63,678 nt of DNA, filler included, from Craspedostauros australis (GCA_030167865.1; 11 parts of 11 records of this genome joined end to end with filler, not necessarily neighbours in it); one strand, 5' to 3'; positions 12,960-25,958 are shown, numbered from the whole stretch's first letter. Program-made: numbers and translations. The notes: generated by a model from the sequence alone, not told the origin.

Positions 12960-13885
12960 CTACATCATGCTTTGGCTCATCAGTCCGTGGGCACCGACAA
13001 AGTGCGCGTCGGCAGTTTCTCCGGTGGCATTCTTGAGCATCATATTGATGATCATCATGGCTGCCGATGTGATCGTCGTGTTGGTGTTGACGATCGTTTC
13101 GTTGACGATCGTTTCGTTGCCGATTGGCATGTCCATCGTCGTGGATGCTGCCATGCTCATCTGCATCAGCATGCCGCATCCGTACAGCAGCAGGGCGGCA
13201 ACTGCGACAGCACTTCCGACGTAAAGGCGGAAGAGACTGATGATGCCGCGGAAGGCCAGGGTGAAGAGGAAGGAGTTGATCAGGCCCATGAACTGGACGA
13301 TCACCAGGTGCTGCATAGTGAGACATTCGGGGAAGCACATGTCCAGGGTGACTGCCGCCAGCATGGGGATGTTGAAGATCCACGAGTTGCCGTTGCGGAG
13401 GTCGGATGGGATGAACTGCTTCCATGTCATCAGCTGCAGCGAGAAGAGGATGGCTGGGATGGTGGTGTTGAGCTGGATCGCGTTGAGGAACGACATCAAT
13501 GACGGCGAGTCGCCCATGATGTTGCTGGCGGTGGGGAGATCGCCGCATAGACCGCAGTCCTTGAGCAGCAGTCCGATGATGCGGATGGTGGAGTAGTGGA
13601 AGAGGGCGATGGCCAGCTGGAATGCTTCCTTGTGGCACACGACGATCCTGTCTGGTCCCCAGATGACGGTCTTTTTGGGAACCTGCTTCATCAGTGAGTA
13701 GGCGTGTGTGGCGAGTGTCTCGTTGGAGAGCGTGGCGAATGCGACGAGGTATGGGTTGTTTGGGAACACGATGGCGAGCATCGCGGTGAGGAGGCAAGTG
13801 GAGCCAAGGATTCCGTGGAATCCAAACCTCAGCTTTCCGATCTTGAATAGGTAGGCATGCTTTCTGGCTTGGTACTTGCCAGTGG
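12960..13885 (-). CDS. Hypothetical multi-pass membrane protein, 5'-partial (open to scaffold end)
   Basis: Frame stays open upstream of 13781 (TGKYQARKHAYLFKIGKLRFGFHGILGSTCLLTAMLAI...); several hydrophobic segments; C/G-ending codon bias. Confidence 0.65.
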
Positions 13886-13985
13886 NNNNNNNNNNNNNNN
13901 NNNNNNNNNNNNNNNNNNNNNNNNNNNNNTTAATTAATTAANNNNNNNNNNNNNNNNNNNNNNNNNNNNNNNNNNNNNNNNNNNN
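13886..13985. other. Artificial scaffold linker N44-TTAATTAATTAA-N44; the 12-mer also occurs at 18022, 31549, 36608, 45773, 48348, 52042, 55331, 57550 and 61883
   Basis: Identical 100-bp structure ten times; TTAATTAATTAA places stops in all six frames. Confidence 0.97.
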
Positions 13986-14444
13986 CGCTGACCATGGCCA
14001 TGACCAGGTCACACGGAAATCAATGACGGGCGTGGTTCTACTGATCAACAACACCATCGTCAAAACCATATGCAAACGACAGAACACAGTGGAGACATCA
14101 ACCTACGGATCCGAACTGGTAGCCGCCAGGATAGCTACCGAGGCGGTCACAGGTCTGCGCTACATGCTGAGAGATCTCGGAGTCCCCATCGACGGACCCG
14201 CAATCATGCTCGGAGACAACAAAGCNGTGGTACTCAATACTACGGTTCCATCCTCAACGCTGAAGAAGAAACACTGCTCATTGGCCTTTCACCAAATCCG
14301 GGAATGCATCGCCGCTGGAATCATCGTGTTCGCCCACATTGCGTCAGTCGACAACATCGCTGACATACTCACCAAGCCCCTTTCCAAAACACCATTCCAC
14401 CACATCACGTCGAGAACGATATTCCGGAACTCAATCCATGAGTC
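13986..14444 (+). CDS. Copia RNase H domain (end of pol, partial)
   Basis: ADHGHDQVTRKSMTG...KRQNTVETSTYGSELVA...GDNK...LKKKH...NIADILTKPL. Confidence 0.93.
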
Positions 14445-14973
14445 CNNNNNNNNNNNNNNNNNNNNNNNNNNNNNNNNNNNNNNNNNNNNNNNNNNGACGA
14501 CCAGAGCAGACGATGATCCCGATATAATGGCCACGGAGACGCAAGAACCACCACCACCGAAGGAAGAACACACTATGAGCGTAAACATGGCAAGGTATCA
14601 ACAGACCTCCATGAAATACAGCCCGACATCAAAAACCCTTCGGCTAACCAGAACCCAACGAGAACCGAACCCCCTCGAAACGGCACAAAGGAAATCACCC
14701 AGAACCATCAAGCGCACCAAGAGCACATCGGCCTCGCCCAACCGCCAACAGACGCAAAATTCCAGTGTCGTATACGACATGACCGACAACCGTACCACGA
14801 ATCAGAACCACGAGCCAGCCGGTGCGCCAACCGACAAACTCTTGATCCGGCGTGGTGACACACCACCATCAGCCCTCACCGACGAATTCAGCACATTCTC
14901 GAGTATCAACCCCTCATGTGGAANNNNNNNNNNNNNNNNNNNNNNNNNNNNNNNNNNNNNNNNNNNNNNNNNN

Positions 14974-17614
14974 GACGACCAGAGCAGACGATGATCCCGA
15001 TATAATGGCCACGGAGACGCAAGAACCACCACCACCGAAGGAAGAACACACTATGAGCGTAAACATGGCAAGGTATCAACAGACCTCCATGAAATACAGC
15101 CCGACATCAAAAACCCTTCGGCTAACCAGAACCCAACGAGAACCGAACCCCCTCGAAACGGCACAAAGGAAATCACCCAGAACCATCAAGCGCACCAAGA
15201 NNNNNNNNNNNNNNNNNNNNNNNNNNNNNNNNNNNNNNNNNNNNNNNNNNNNNNNNNNNNNNNNNNNNNNNNNNNNNNNNNNNNNNNNNNNNNNNNNNNN
15301 NNNNNNNNNNNNNNNNNNNNTGATCCGGCGTGGTGACACACCACCATCAGCCCTCACCGACGAATTCAGCACATTCTCGAGTATCAACCCCTCATGTGGA
15401 AGCGACGTCCTCTGCTACCCAAGAGACATGCTGGAGACAGGGCCCATCATGCCGAGCAACCAATCACACGTCGCCACATCGACTAAGTTCCGGAAACCGC
15501 CACCTGGAGCCGCCATGCCAGCCATCAAGGAAGTTAACTGCGAAACTTCCTTCCACACGGGCCTGACACCTCGGGTTTTCGTTACACCTGAGCACGAAAC
15601 ATACAGGTGCGACATGTTGATTGCTGATCTCCAAGAAGACCTGGCACGGAACGCGACCGCACCCTCTATTGCATTCCGCGACATGAACATGCTTTCACCA
15701 CAAAAACGGAGCCGTCACAACCAGGACCCCGGACACAACCTCTCCCCATTCCAGACGAGGACACGCAAGATGACATTCCCAAAGTACACCCCGTTCTACG
15801 ATGGCATCCAATGCCCCGTCCCCGGATCCAGGGTACTATATCCCGCAGGAAAGAAGGGACCTTTCCAAGGAATCGTCGTCGGATACAGTGGCCGCAGAGT
15901 CCGAATCTTCTGCATGAAGGGAAACGATAACACATCAGCCGGCGAAATCACCCACGTAGAGAAACAATCCATCTACCCTCTCACCCTCTCCGAATACCTG
16001 GATGACAACCTCCAAACCANNNNNNNNNNNNNNNNNNNNNNNNNNNNNNNNNNNNNNNNNNNNNNNNNNCTCACCCTCTCCGAATACCTGGATGACAACC
16101 TCCAAACCACCGAGGTCCTCAGCATCGCCATAGCCGATGGCCAGTGCTTCTACACCAAAGAGGACGGCGCATGGGGCGAATCACCCGACGAGTACCGCGC
16201 AACCTTGCGGAAGCCATCCATATGCCACTTCTTCAAGGTGAGGATGAACCGGATCCCAATCATCCTCGCACGCGCAAGGAAGGCACGAATGGTCCGGAAA
16301 CAAAGCGACACCCTCGCCGTCAATCTCGCACGAGAGAAGAAAGCGCTCGCGAACGAGCCTTTTCCCCCTACCGATGAGGACGACATGGTCGACGGAATAC
16401 CATCCCTCGAAGACACCCGTCCCAGTCTCGAAGAGGGAGAGACACTAGAAGGCAGGTTCCTGGATGAGATCCCGGACGGATTCTTCGACAAGAAGATGAC
16501 CGCAGAAGAAGCCAGCCATCAGGAGTCTGAATCAGAGGTGTACCGCGATGGAGACCAAGAATCGCAGGAACCAGGAAGTGTGATTGACGTGGAAGCAGAG
16601 ATCGCAAGTGGGGCGGTGATCAGCCATCCCAGACCTCCCATCAGACGATCATCACGACCATCACCGGCGTCCAAAATCTTGACCGCCACGCGAGATGGAC
16701 AAGGGTATACCGACAAGGTACGCCCAAAGCCCATGATCCCGACCGACCACTCCGTGGACAGCGCGTCCGCCCAAGAGCCCGGCGACAGTGACGATTCTGG
16801 GTCCATCTTCCGACCAGAAGACAACTCATCCAACCGGAACCAAGCATCGCGACGACCTACCCCTGGAGCCAGCAGCAAGCAAAGCAACCGCCCCAAGAGA
16901 AAGGGGCTCTTCGATGAATCTGAGGATTCAACCGTTTCCTCGGGAATGTCAAGAATCAAGACAATCAAACAGGTCAGGTCCGCCAAGAAAACCACGAGTG
17001 GGACCATCAACGCGAAAGGAGCCCTCACCACGACCGCGGAGAATCCTCCCGATGCAACAGAGCCGATGCTCCCTATAACCCGGGATGAGCAACCAGAGGT
17101 CCCTACGCCACCGGAGGGGCCAGCCGATGATGACGTGCCGATAGCAACCGCGTACCCGGCACCTGCGAGCCACAATGAGGATGCGAACACCAGCACCCGC
17201 AGTTTCCCCGTTTTGAACCATCCCCTGCCATCGACACCCAACACTCCGGAGACCAGCAACGCTAACAAGAGGGCCCGAACGGAACCCCGACCAGCGATCG
17301 CATACCCGTCGCCCCGACGTCTTCGATCTGGGTACATCATGTCCGGCAACCCTGAACCAACGATGATGCAACCATCCATCTTCCAGATGCCTCCCGACCC
17401 CACAGCTCAGATCAAGGCCGTCCTCCAAAACGACGAGAGGACACCTATGGTTATCCAAACCCTTGCCGATATCCTTTTCTGCGGAGGGCTCGACCATATC
17501 AACCAAGTTCAGCAGGTCAGCATCACCTCCTCGCTGAACAAGGCATTGAAAGCCATGCTCACCAACCGCCGCCAAAGCCGCAGCTACTACGACAACAACG
17601 AACAGTCCGAATGA
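14974..17614 (+). CDS. Extra ORF (about 850 aa after removing duplicated overlap) between RNase H and 3' LTR; unknown function
   Basis: Long open frame, stop at 17612-17614 about 100 bp before the LTR; true start lost in the gap at 14445-14495; 14496-14923 is a duplicate copy. Confidence 0.8.
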
Positions 17615-17698
17615 AGCCCGCTCGCCGCCATCTTGGGCGGCGGAACAAACCACACTATGATTAGCTTTCTTGCTTTCAGTCAACTCACGTTTCAACGT

Positions 17699-17712
17699 GA
17701 GATGAAGGGGAG
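17699..17712 (+). other. Polypurine tract
   Basis: GAGATGAAGGGGAG directly abuts the LTR start. Confidence 0.85.
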
Positions 17713-17977
17713 TAATAGAGCTAAACTAGTAGCCACCTTAGCGAGAGAGACTACGAATCATCCGATTCGTCAGCATTCCAGTAGATCGAATGAATACTTC
17801 GCCGGACCCCACGTTTGGAGACAGATCCAGAACCTTGAAGCGGATCTTCGGAATTCGTGTCAGGGAACCAATGAGGTTCCGATAACCAAGTTCCTGACAC
17901 CCACCATCGCCAAAACGCCGACGCACGGAACCAAAGCCACAACAACGAGCATCATCGCCCATTGTCTCTCACAGAAC
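17713..17977 (+). repeat. 3' LTR of copia family A (truncated by scaffold end)
   Basis: Aligns by eye with 29567.. and 39236.. Confidence 0.92.
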
Positions 17978-18077
17978 NNNNNNNNNNNNNNNNNNNNNNN
18001 NNNNNNNNNNNNNNNNNNNNNTTAATTAATTAANNNNNNNNNNNNNNNNNNNNNNNNNNNNNNNNNNNNNNNNNNNN

Positions 18078-21000
18078 AGGCATGGGTCTACCTCACTCTG
18101 TCTGAACCCCAATTTGAATAGGATGTCGACGAGCTTCTTGTTCCATTGTCTGGCACTCTGCACGAGTCCGTAGATGGTTTTCTTGAGNNNNNNNNNNNNN
18201 NNNNNNNNNNNNNNNNNNNNNNNNNNNNNNNNNNNNNNNNNNNNNNNNNNNNNNNNNNNNNNNNNNNNNNNNNNNNNNNNNNNNNNNNNNNNNNNNNNNN
18301 NNNNNNNNNNNNNNNNNNNNGTGAGCATGATACGGTAGGTTGCATCATGTATCACCGGTGCGTGGTGCGCTGAGAAGTCGACTCCTGCGATCTGCGAGTA
18401 TCCGCATGCCACGAGTCTGGCGCGGAATACCCCATTTCTCTTTTCCTTGAAGACCCATTTGGTCTTTACGCACCGCCGATTCCTCGGCATCCGGTCCTTC
18501 TTGATCTTTTCCCATACTTTCCTTCTGGCCATATCGTAGAATTCCTTGTTGNNNNNNNNNNNNNNNNNNNNNNNNNNNNNNNNNNNNNNNNNNNNNNNNN
18601 NGTGTTTCATGCCTTTCGGGCATTGCATGTAGATCTCTTCGTCGAGGTCTCCATGCAAGAATGCTGTCTCAAAGTCGATGATGATACTGTCTAGCTTCAG
18701 TATCATCTTCATGGTGAGCATGATACGGTAGGTTGCATCATGTATCACCGGTGCGTGGTGCGCTGAGAAGTCGACTCCTGNNNNNNNNNNNNNNNNNNNN
18801 NNNNNNNNNNNNNNNNNNNNNNNNNNNNNNNNNNNNNNNNNNNNNNNNNNNNNNNNNNNNNNNNNNNNNNNNNNNNNNNNNNNNNNNNNNNNNNNNNNNN
18901 NNNNNNNNNNNNNCCTTCTGGCCATATCGTAGAATTCCTTGTTGATGGCTTCTCGCCATTTCTTTCTCTTACTGGGGTCCGCGTGGTCCCAGCAGTCCTC
19001 GAATGTGGTTGGGTCCAATAGCATGGCGATACTCGCTAGCTCCATCCCATCCTCATTCTGTTCATTGTTCAATGCTTGGTCCGCAGTGATGATATCGTCG
19101 AGTCTCATCATTCCGTGAGGTGTATCTATCATCATACCTGCGATATCTCTGTTGAATGTTGACCCNTCCGCGTGGAAGTCGGGTCCTCCTGTGTCCGATG
19201 GGGATGCGATAGTCTCTTGGGGTGTCTCGTACCCTTCGTCTGTATTTGGTTCTGACTCATCGCTCGATTCGAGGTCTCGCTCTTCCTCTGGAATGGGTTC
19301 TTTGTTATACCCTGCGAGAGCACTCACCATCCTCGGTACGCATTGCACAGGTTCTGCGATAGGGGTCTGCTCCGGCTCATATTTGGCCTCTTCGTTAGCT
19401 CTCCCCTCATCGTCCCTTCCGAATTCGTCGCCGTCATTATCGTTCGACTCATTTTTCCCTTGGGTGGGGAGCAAGTCANNNNNNNNNNNNNNNNNNNNNN
19501 NNNNNNNNNNNNNNNNNNNNNNNNNNNNGCCGTCATTATCGTTCGACTCATTTTTCCCTTGGGTGGGGAGCAAGTCATCTTGCCCTCGCGCAGCGTCTTC
19601 TGTATCTTCTTTGTCTCCGGCTCTGCTGCTGCGATCTGCGTCGTCGGTCTCCATGCCTTTGATGGTCTCCGATCGTCGCTCCCAAACTGCTCTCGCGTGT
19701 CGAGTCTTCATACCCGATGTAGAGTCGTCATCTTCCAGATCTATCGATATTGATCTGTTGGCATTCTCGATACCTCTGAANNNNNNNNNNNNNNNNNNNN
19801 NNNNNNNNNNNNNNNNNNNNNNNNNNNNNNNNNNNNNNNNNNNNNNNNNNNNNNNNNNNNNNNNNNNNNNNNNNNNNNNNNNNNNNNNNNNNNNNNNNNN
19901 NNNNNNNNNNNNNNNNNNNNNNNNNNNNNNNNNNNNNNNNNNNNNNNNNNNNNNNNNNNNNNNNNNNNNATCCACGTAAGTTGGGATCCGGTTATTGAAC
20001 AGCACGCATGCTGGTTCTCTCGTTTTCGTCCCGATGATATTCTCCAGTTGGGTCGCGGTTCTGGCCGCCTCGGCCCATAATTTTCCTCGGACATTTTTCG
20101 GCAGGTGCGTGTGATTGAGCATGGCTCGGACTTTCCCGTACAACGTGGCGAATTTTCTTTCCACGCGACCGTTCTGTTGCGGCGTNNNNNNNNNNNNNNN
20201 NNNNNNNNNNNNNNCGAACCCTGCGACGAGCAGTTGCTTCTCCGCAGAATAATTTTCTCCTGCGTTGTCACATCTGATAATTTTCACTCGTGTTTGCTGG
20301 TTGGCGTGGAGCCACTTAAGCAACAGAATCATTTTTGTTCCAACCTCGCTCTTCTCCTTCAGGAAATAGCTCCAACAGTAGTCACTGTAATCATCGAGGA
20401 CTAGGAGCCAATACTTTCCTTGTCCGTAGCTGTGNNNNNNNNNNNNNNNNNNNNNNNNNNNNNNNNNNNNNNNNNNNNNNNNNNNNNNNNNNNNNNNNNN
20501 NNNNNNNNNNNNNNNNNNNNNNNNNNNNNNNNNNNNNNNNNNNNNNNNNNNNNNNNNNNNNNNNGTGACATTCCACCCGTATCGTCCCGCTGTGCGAGAG
20601 ATCGTGTAAGTGTCAACATGGCCTAACATTTTATGGATTTGATTGATGTCCACCGCGGTCTGGGTGGACACGCCAACATTGGCTTGATCGTGAGGGTGAG
20701 GGGCGGTGATCATGTTAACACCGCTCACGAANNNNNNNNNNNNNNNNNNNNNNNNNNNNNNNNNNNNNNNNNNNNNNNNNNAATTTTCACTCGTGTTTGC
20801 TGATTGGCGTGGAGCCATTTAAGCAACAGAATCATTTTTGTTCCAACCTCACTCTTCTCCTTCAGAAAGTAGCTCCAGCAGTAGTCACTGTAATCATCGA
20901 GGACTAGGAGCCAATACTTTCCTTGTCCGTAGCTGTGTGTCTGGACACTTGATGTGTCAATGAACAGGCGATCACCAACCTCCTTCGCTCGTGATTGGAG

Positions 21001-23955
21001 TTTCTTCGCCATGGCCTTCTGCCTTTGTTTGCCAATGACACAGTCCACACATGCATGCAATTTGCCTGTGACATTCCACCCGTATCGTCCCGCTGTGCGA
21101 GAGATCGTGTAAGTGTCAACATGGCCTAACATTTTATGGATTTGATTGACGTCCACCGCGGTCTGGGTGGACACGCCAACGTTGGCTTGATCGTGGGGGT
21201 GAGGGGCGGTGATCATGTTAACACCGCTCACGAAACCACTGTGGGTAGCCATAAGCGGGTCAAACGTAATACGTTGTCCGCGCTTCTCCAGGCTCATCAC
21301 AACACCGTGGTTGCTGATGTTGAAGCCGCTCTCAAGCGCTTTGTTGATGCTGAGGAGGTTCACCCACAAATTGGGCACGAACTTCACGTGCTTGAGGAGG
21401 ATGGTTGCGGTGGTACCGTTCTTCTGCATCACCACCATGCGCTTGTCGCCCACCTTTGTTGCCTTGATGTAGCGACCGCTGCCGATCTTGATGGAGTGGT
21501 CGGCCACGCGCACGTTGGTCATCCCCTCATCGTTGTTGGTCAGGTGGCACGAGGCACCTGAGTCGCCCAACCAAGTGCTTGCCTCATGGCGGTCTGGGGC
21601 GAGCGTGATGCGGCGTTCTTCGACGCCGTCGATGTCACTGATCACCATCGCCATGTCTGGTTGCGGGTTTCTCTCGCTGTAGAGAGGGAGTTCAGGGAAC
21701 TCTCCATGGTTGCGGACTCCGTACTGGCCGGGGTGGTACTTCCACATGACTTGGAGTGCTCCAAGCGAGGCCAGGCTTCTGATGAGTCCATGATGGATGG
21801 CTGGCAGCTGTTCTCTCTCCAGCCTTTCATTGATGAACGGCATGTTCTTCATTACGTTGAATGGTGTCATCATACCGATCTCGCGCAGGAGGAAGTAGAG
21901 GGTGCGAGCATCCATGCAAGTGTGTCTGTCTCTTGAGCTGTACTCCTTCACTGTGTCGAGGCACAGCAGGGCAAGCTCGCAGCGCACACTGTCAGCCGGC
22001 ATGGCGTTGCTCAATGAGTATCGCACTGCAAGTGCGAGTGACTCCTCTTTGGCAAGCATCGCGCGGCGGTCATCACGCTCCTTGTGAGTCGTCGGCTTTG
22101 CCACGTCCACTCCATCAGGTAGATCGATGAGGAATGACATGGCGGGGCAGTCCACACAGTAGGAGTAGATGTATCCTTGCTTGAAGCATAGTGGGCACGA
22201 CGCCCATCCTTGGTACAGAGCGCGCCCTGCTGTTTCGATCGACTTCTCGATGGGAGGCTTGTTGGTGGAGAGCGAGAAGACTGGCTCTCTGCAGATGTCT
22301 TCTGCTCCGATCACCATTGCCACTTCGTTGGTGGTCTCCTCTTTGGTGCTGACGAGGTCTTCGTCGTAGATGACGTCCTCGAAGAACCCGTCATCTTCAG
22401 TGGACTCGTCGTCTGACGGGAAGAGTTCGCGGTTGATGCGCTCGGCTGCGACCAGTGGTGGTCCGTAGTGACCGTACACCCCTAGGTGATGGGCCGCCCG
22501 CTCTTCTGCTGTCCATTCGCCACCTTGGTTTGGCGCGTTGCCTCCTTGGTCGGTCATCTCTTCGTCGGTGGACGTGAGGGCGAGATCTTCGGTGGTCTCC
22601 TCTTCGGGAGGCATCATGGCGAGGTTGTTGCTCATGTTTTTCTTGATGTTCGCGATTTCTTGGGTGGTCACGAGTCTTGGGTTGGTCACATTTTTTACCT
22701 CTGTCGAGTCAATTTCGAACTCGTTGGTGAGGAAGCACATCATTTCCGTGCTATCCATGGACTTGTCGTCTTCGGGCAACCAGATGGGCTCCTCGATCAT
22801 GGCTAGGGCAACGTCGTTGGCCTTCTCGTTGGAGGGCAACCACATCTCCTCGTCAACTTCAACGAAGGAGTCGTAGCCTGCCACATCGTCTTCGGTAGTC
22901 CGCCACATGTGTTCTTCAACCATCATGAGGGCGACGTCTGTCTCCTCCTCCATGCCGTCGGTCGCCACGTTTGCGGCCTCGGCTTCTCGCATCGCTGCTT
23001 TCAACTTGAAGCAGTCGAGGATCTTGTGCCCTTTCTTACCGCAGTACTTGCAGTTTCCGTTGAACTTGTTCTTGGCGGGGGAGTCTCCTTTCTTGTTGTT
23101 CTTCTTCAAGGCCTTGTTGCTTTTGTTCTTTGGGGGAGAGCGACAGTCCGCCTTCTTGTGCCCGTAGGCACTGCAGTTGCGGCAATATCCTTTGAAACCG
23201 CCAGTGGCAGCGAGAGCCATTTCCTCTTTGGTGTCGCTCTCGCGACGGTTGCTTCCTTGCTTGATGTGACGTGCGTCGTAGGTGGCACTCACAGCTTCAC
23301 GGATGTCCTCGATTGACATCGTGTCTTCGATGCCGGTGAACTTGAGTTCGATGAGCTTCACATCCATCTTGTAGTCCCTTGCGAGGGCGTTGAGCACGAG
23401 CATGTGGTACTGAGTCATGTCCAAGTCGACGCCGGCGTGGGAGAGGCGTCCACGGAGCACTTCCATCTCGGTGAGGAACGTGTCCGGGTGTTCTCCCTTC
23501 TTCATGCGCATCCCGTTGAGCTGCGCCAACAACTTTGCCTTCATAGGCGCAGTGCGCTGCTCGTAGATACGCTCAAGAGCCTTCCATGCCTTACGTGGGT
23601 CTCCTCCCTTGTAAGCGCTGCTCTTGCATCCCAACACAGCCATGAAGGCAACATTGCCTTCGGTGGTCTCATGGCTAATAGCCATGGTCAGTTCTTCAAA
23701 CGCGTACTTCGCCAATGCCTTCTTGTACTCAGCCTCCTCTCCAGGAGTCATGTCACTCGGCTTCTTGGCTTCCTCATCCTTCTTCTTGCCTTTCACGGGG
23801 AGGGCAGCAGAGGAGGGGACAAACGGTTCTTCCTTCACAATCACATCACTCATGTCCTTGAGATACAAGTCTCCATAGCCCTTGCGGTTGGCGCGGGCCA
23901 GGAACTTCGCACTCCAAGCTTTCCAGCTGGACCGCTTGCTGTCGAACATGATCAT
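18078..23955 (-). CDS. Gag-Pol polyprotein, family B (single frame from gag into integrase; gapped and partly duplicated further 3')
   Basis: Two CCHC knuckles (CRNCSAYGHKKADC, CKYCGKKGHKILDC), protease WLGDSGASCH, HKMLGH...CVDC, integrase IRCDNAGEN/TPQQNGRVER, RT KWVFKEK...ARLVACGYSQ, DFETAFLHG, IYGLVQSARQW. Confidence 0.93.
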
Positions 23956-24066
23956 GTAACGATCAGTCTCCTAGGAAGGATGTCATGGTGATGATGGTGA
24001 TAGGATGTTTGTTGCTGTGCTGGTGATGGTAGAAACGTAGGATTTCAATTGTAACGTTTCGAAACG

Positions 24067-25183
24067 TGTTGGAAATCCGGGGTTATTGTTAGTACTGTAA
24101 TCTAATCCGCTGTTAGAAACTGTACCGTTTTAGAACTGTGAGCACAATCTCACTTTCTCTTCCGATTTCATCTTCATGGCAGGCATCTGTCGTGGTGGCG
24201 ACACGGGGCGTCCTGTTGTCTCTTAGGTGCTTTCCCTTTCATTCATCATGCTCTGTTCTTGCTTCCTTGTTTCTGCATTGTCGTAGCCGTCTACGCTTGC
24301 ATGGTAGGGATCTGCAGTCTTGAGCACTTGCCTATCTCATGTTTCCATCGTTGATCTCATGACACCATCGTCTCATGGTCGATGTCACCTTTGGTGATGT
24401 TCCAAACCTGCGGCTGTTCTGATCCTTTCTGATGTTCCAAACCTGTGGATGTTCTTGTCCGCAGGAGGGGCGCGTGCTGCCCTCTGAAGAAGGTGCGTCA
24501 CTTGCCCATTGACCTGCTGTTCTGATCGACGTCGTCGTCTGGGTGGTTGCCATGGTTGGTTTGGTATCGGGACCTCCTGATCCGTCATAGGTGTCGTCCC
24601 TGTGTTACTGGAGGACAGGCTATCCTCCTCGTGGTAGTACAGGTGTCAATCGCGTCCGTACCCTTAGTCATAGTCATAATGATATGGCATATAAAGGTGT
24701 GACAAATAGTCTCCGAACATGTGACGAATAGTATTCAAAGCTGTGACGAACAATGTTGGGAGGTGCGGCAATCACGGGTATTCCGACAAAGTCGTACCCT
24801 CGATTCCTAACATGAGATGGCCGAGGAGCTGAATGAGCTCCCAACCAAGGTGTTCCCGTGACGAATGGGAGACCATGATCTGATCGAATGAAACGACCTG
24901 TGTGATGCCTACGACTCGGCGATGTCTAAGGGCATCGAAACTATCAGCGGAGGACAACGTGCTTGTGTGCACGAACATGGGGTACTCGGTGGTGCATGCA
25001 TGTCCATGGTGAATTTGCGATGAACGCAAGATGGATGCCTGCTAGACCAACAGAGGGACCCATGATGATCTCAGGAGGAGATTGGACTTTGCAATTGAGA
25101 GCAATGAAGAGCTCACAGTTCAGAGAAGTAGATTCTAACAAACGATTAGTTCTCTACTATCACACCACCCCGGATTTCCAACA
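24067..25183 (-). repeat. 5' LTR of family B (1117 bp, TG...CA)
   Basis: 17-bp perfect terminal inverted repeat TGTTGGAAATCCGGGGT...ACCCCGGATTTCCAACA; flanks are not a TSD; lies just upstream of gag. Second LTR not in window. Confidence 0.8.
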
Positions 25184-25958
25184 AGTATCGTCAATAGTTG
25201 ATATACTAATGTGTGTAGATACCATTTAAACCGTACCATACGAACAGAGAACAGCATCTCCACATTTAGACTGCTTGTCCGGCGTCACTCTCCATGTTTC
25301 TGTCATTGAAACACTGTGCAAGAGTTGGTTTGTGTGCTTTCACTTGTCCGATTGGTTGGACGGTTAATTCTTATCGTGACGTCACACTCTGTTCCGTAAG
25401 TCCAAATCATCCTCCGGTTTCACAGGCGAAATACAACGTGGTACAACATGCGAAGGACGACGCAATGACAAAATCACGAAACATCGATTTTCTATTTGAC
25501 ATTTTATTTGTGTTCACAAGTACGCAATCGCTATTTGTTTGAAGGGAAACATGAGAACTCCCCTCGTGTTGTGGACATCGGTGTCTTCGTGACCTGTCGC
25601 AGACATCATTGCGTTCCCGCCAAATAAGAGCTTTGACACAACGCCACGAACCAATCAGCCAATCATGATGGTGGGTTCATGCAATGCCATAGTTATTGTT
25701 AACTGATGACGCCATCGGGCTTCCGAAGGGTTTGTTCAACACGTCACGTTGGTCGTGTTGTGAATTTTTCTTTTCCGTTTTTACGTTTCGAAGCACAATT
25801 TTTGGTGTTGTCGTTGTGGTTGCGCCTTGAAAACGTGATTTCCGACTGATTGCAACACTCATCCATTTCCCGAATCGTGCAATTCTCGTGTTGTATTTGT
25901 ATTAAATGGTTTATTATTCCTGCAAAATGCCTGGTGTTGTCCAATTGTTGTTTGAATT

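Larger units (their letters stand above)
13986..17977 (+). mobile_element. Ty1/copia family A, 3' part (RNase H, extra ORF, PPT, partial 3' LTR)
   Basis: Copia RNase H, purine tract at 17699-17712, LTR starting TAATAGAGC at 17713 shared with 29567 and 39236. Confidence 0.9.
18078..25183 (-). mobile_element. Ty1/copia family B (5' LTR plus gag-pol to RT; 3' end missing)
   Basis: LTR 24067-25183 followed ~110 bp later by gag ATG at 23955; copia domain order PR-IN-RT. Confidence 0.93.

Noticed and set aside
14496..15401. Apparent tandem duplications flanking 50-N gaps (also near 560, 16020, 18550, 19480, 20730, 29730, 35650, 46920, 50300, 51300, 53150, 54280, 62470, 63130)
   Set aside because: Systematic near-identical overlaps at fixed-size gaps indicate unmerged contigs, alleles or collapsed repeat copies, not real domain duplications
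14974..17614. Envelope glycoprotein
   Set aside because: No transmembrane anchor or Cys-rich ectodomain visible; composition is hydrophilic and disordered
24067..25183. MITE or DNA transposon suggested by the 17-bp inverted repeats
   Set aside because: No TSD (AAACG versus AGTAT), TG...CA ends and position just upstream of gag fit a 5' LTR better
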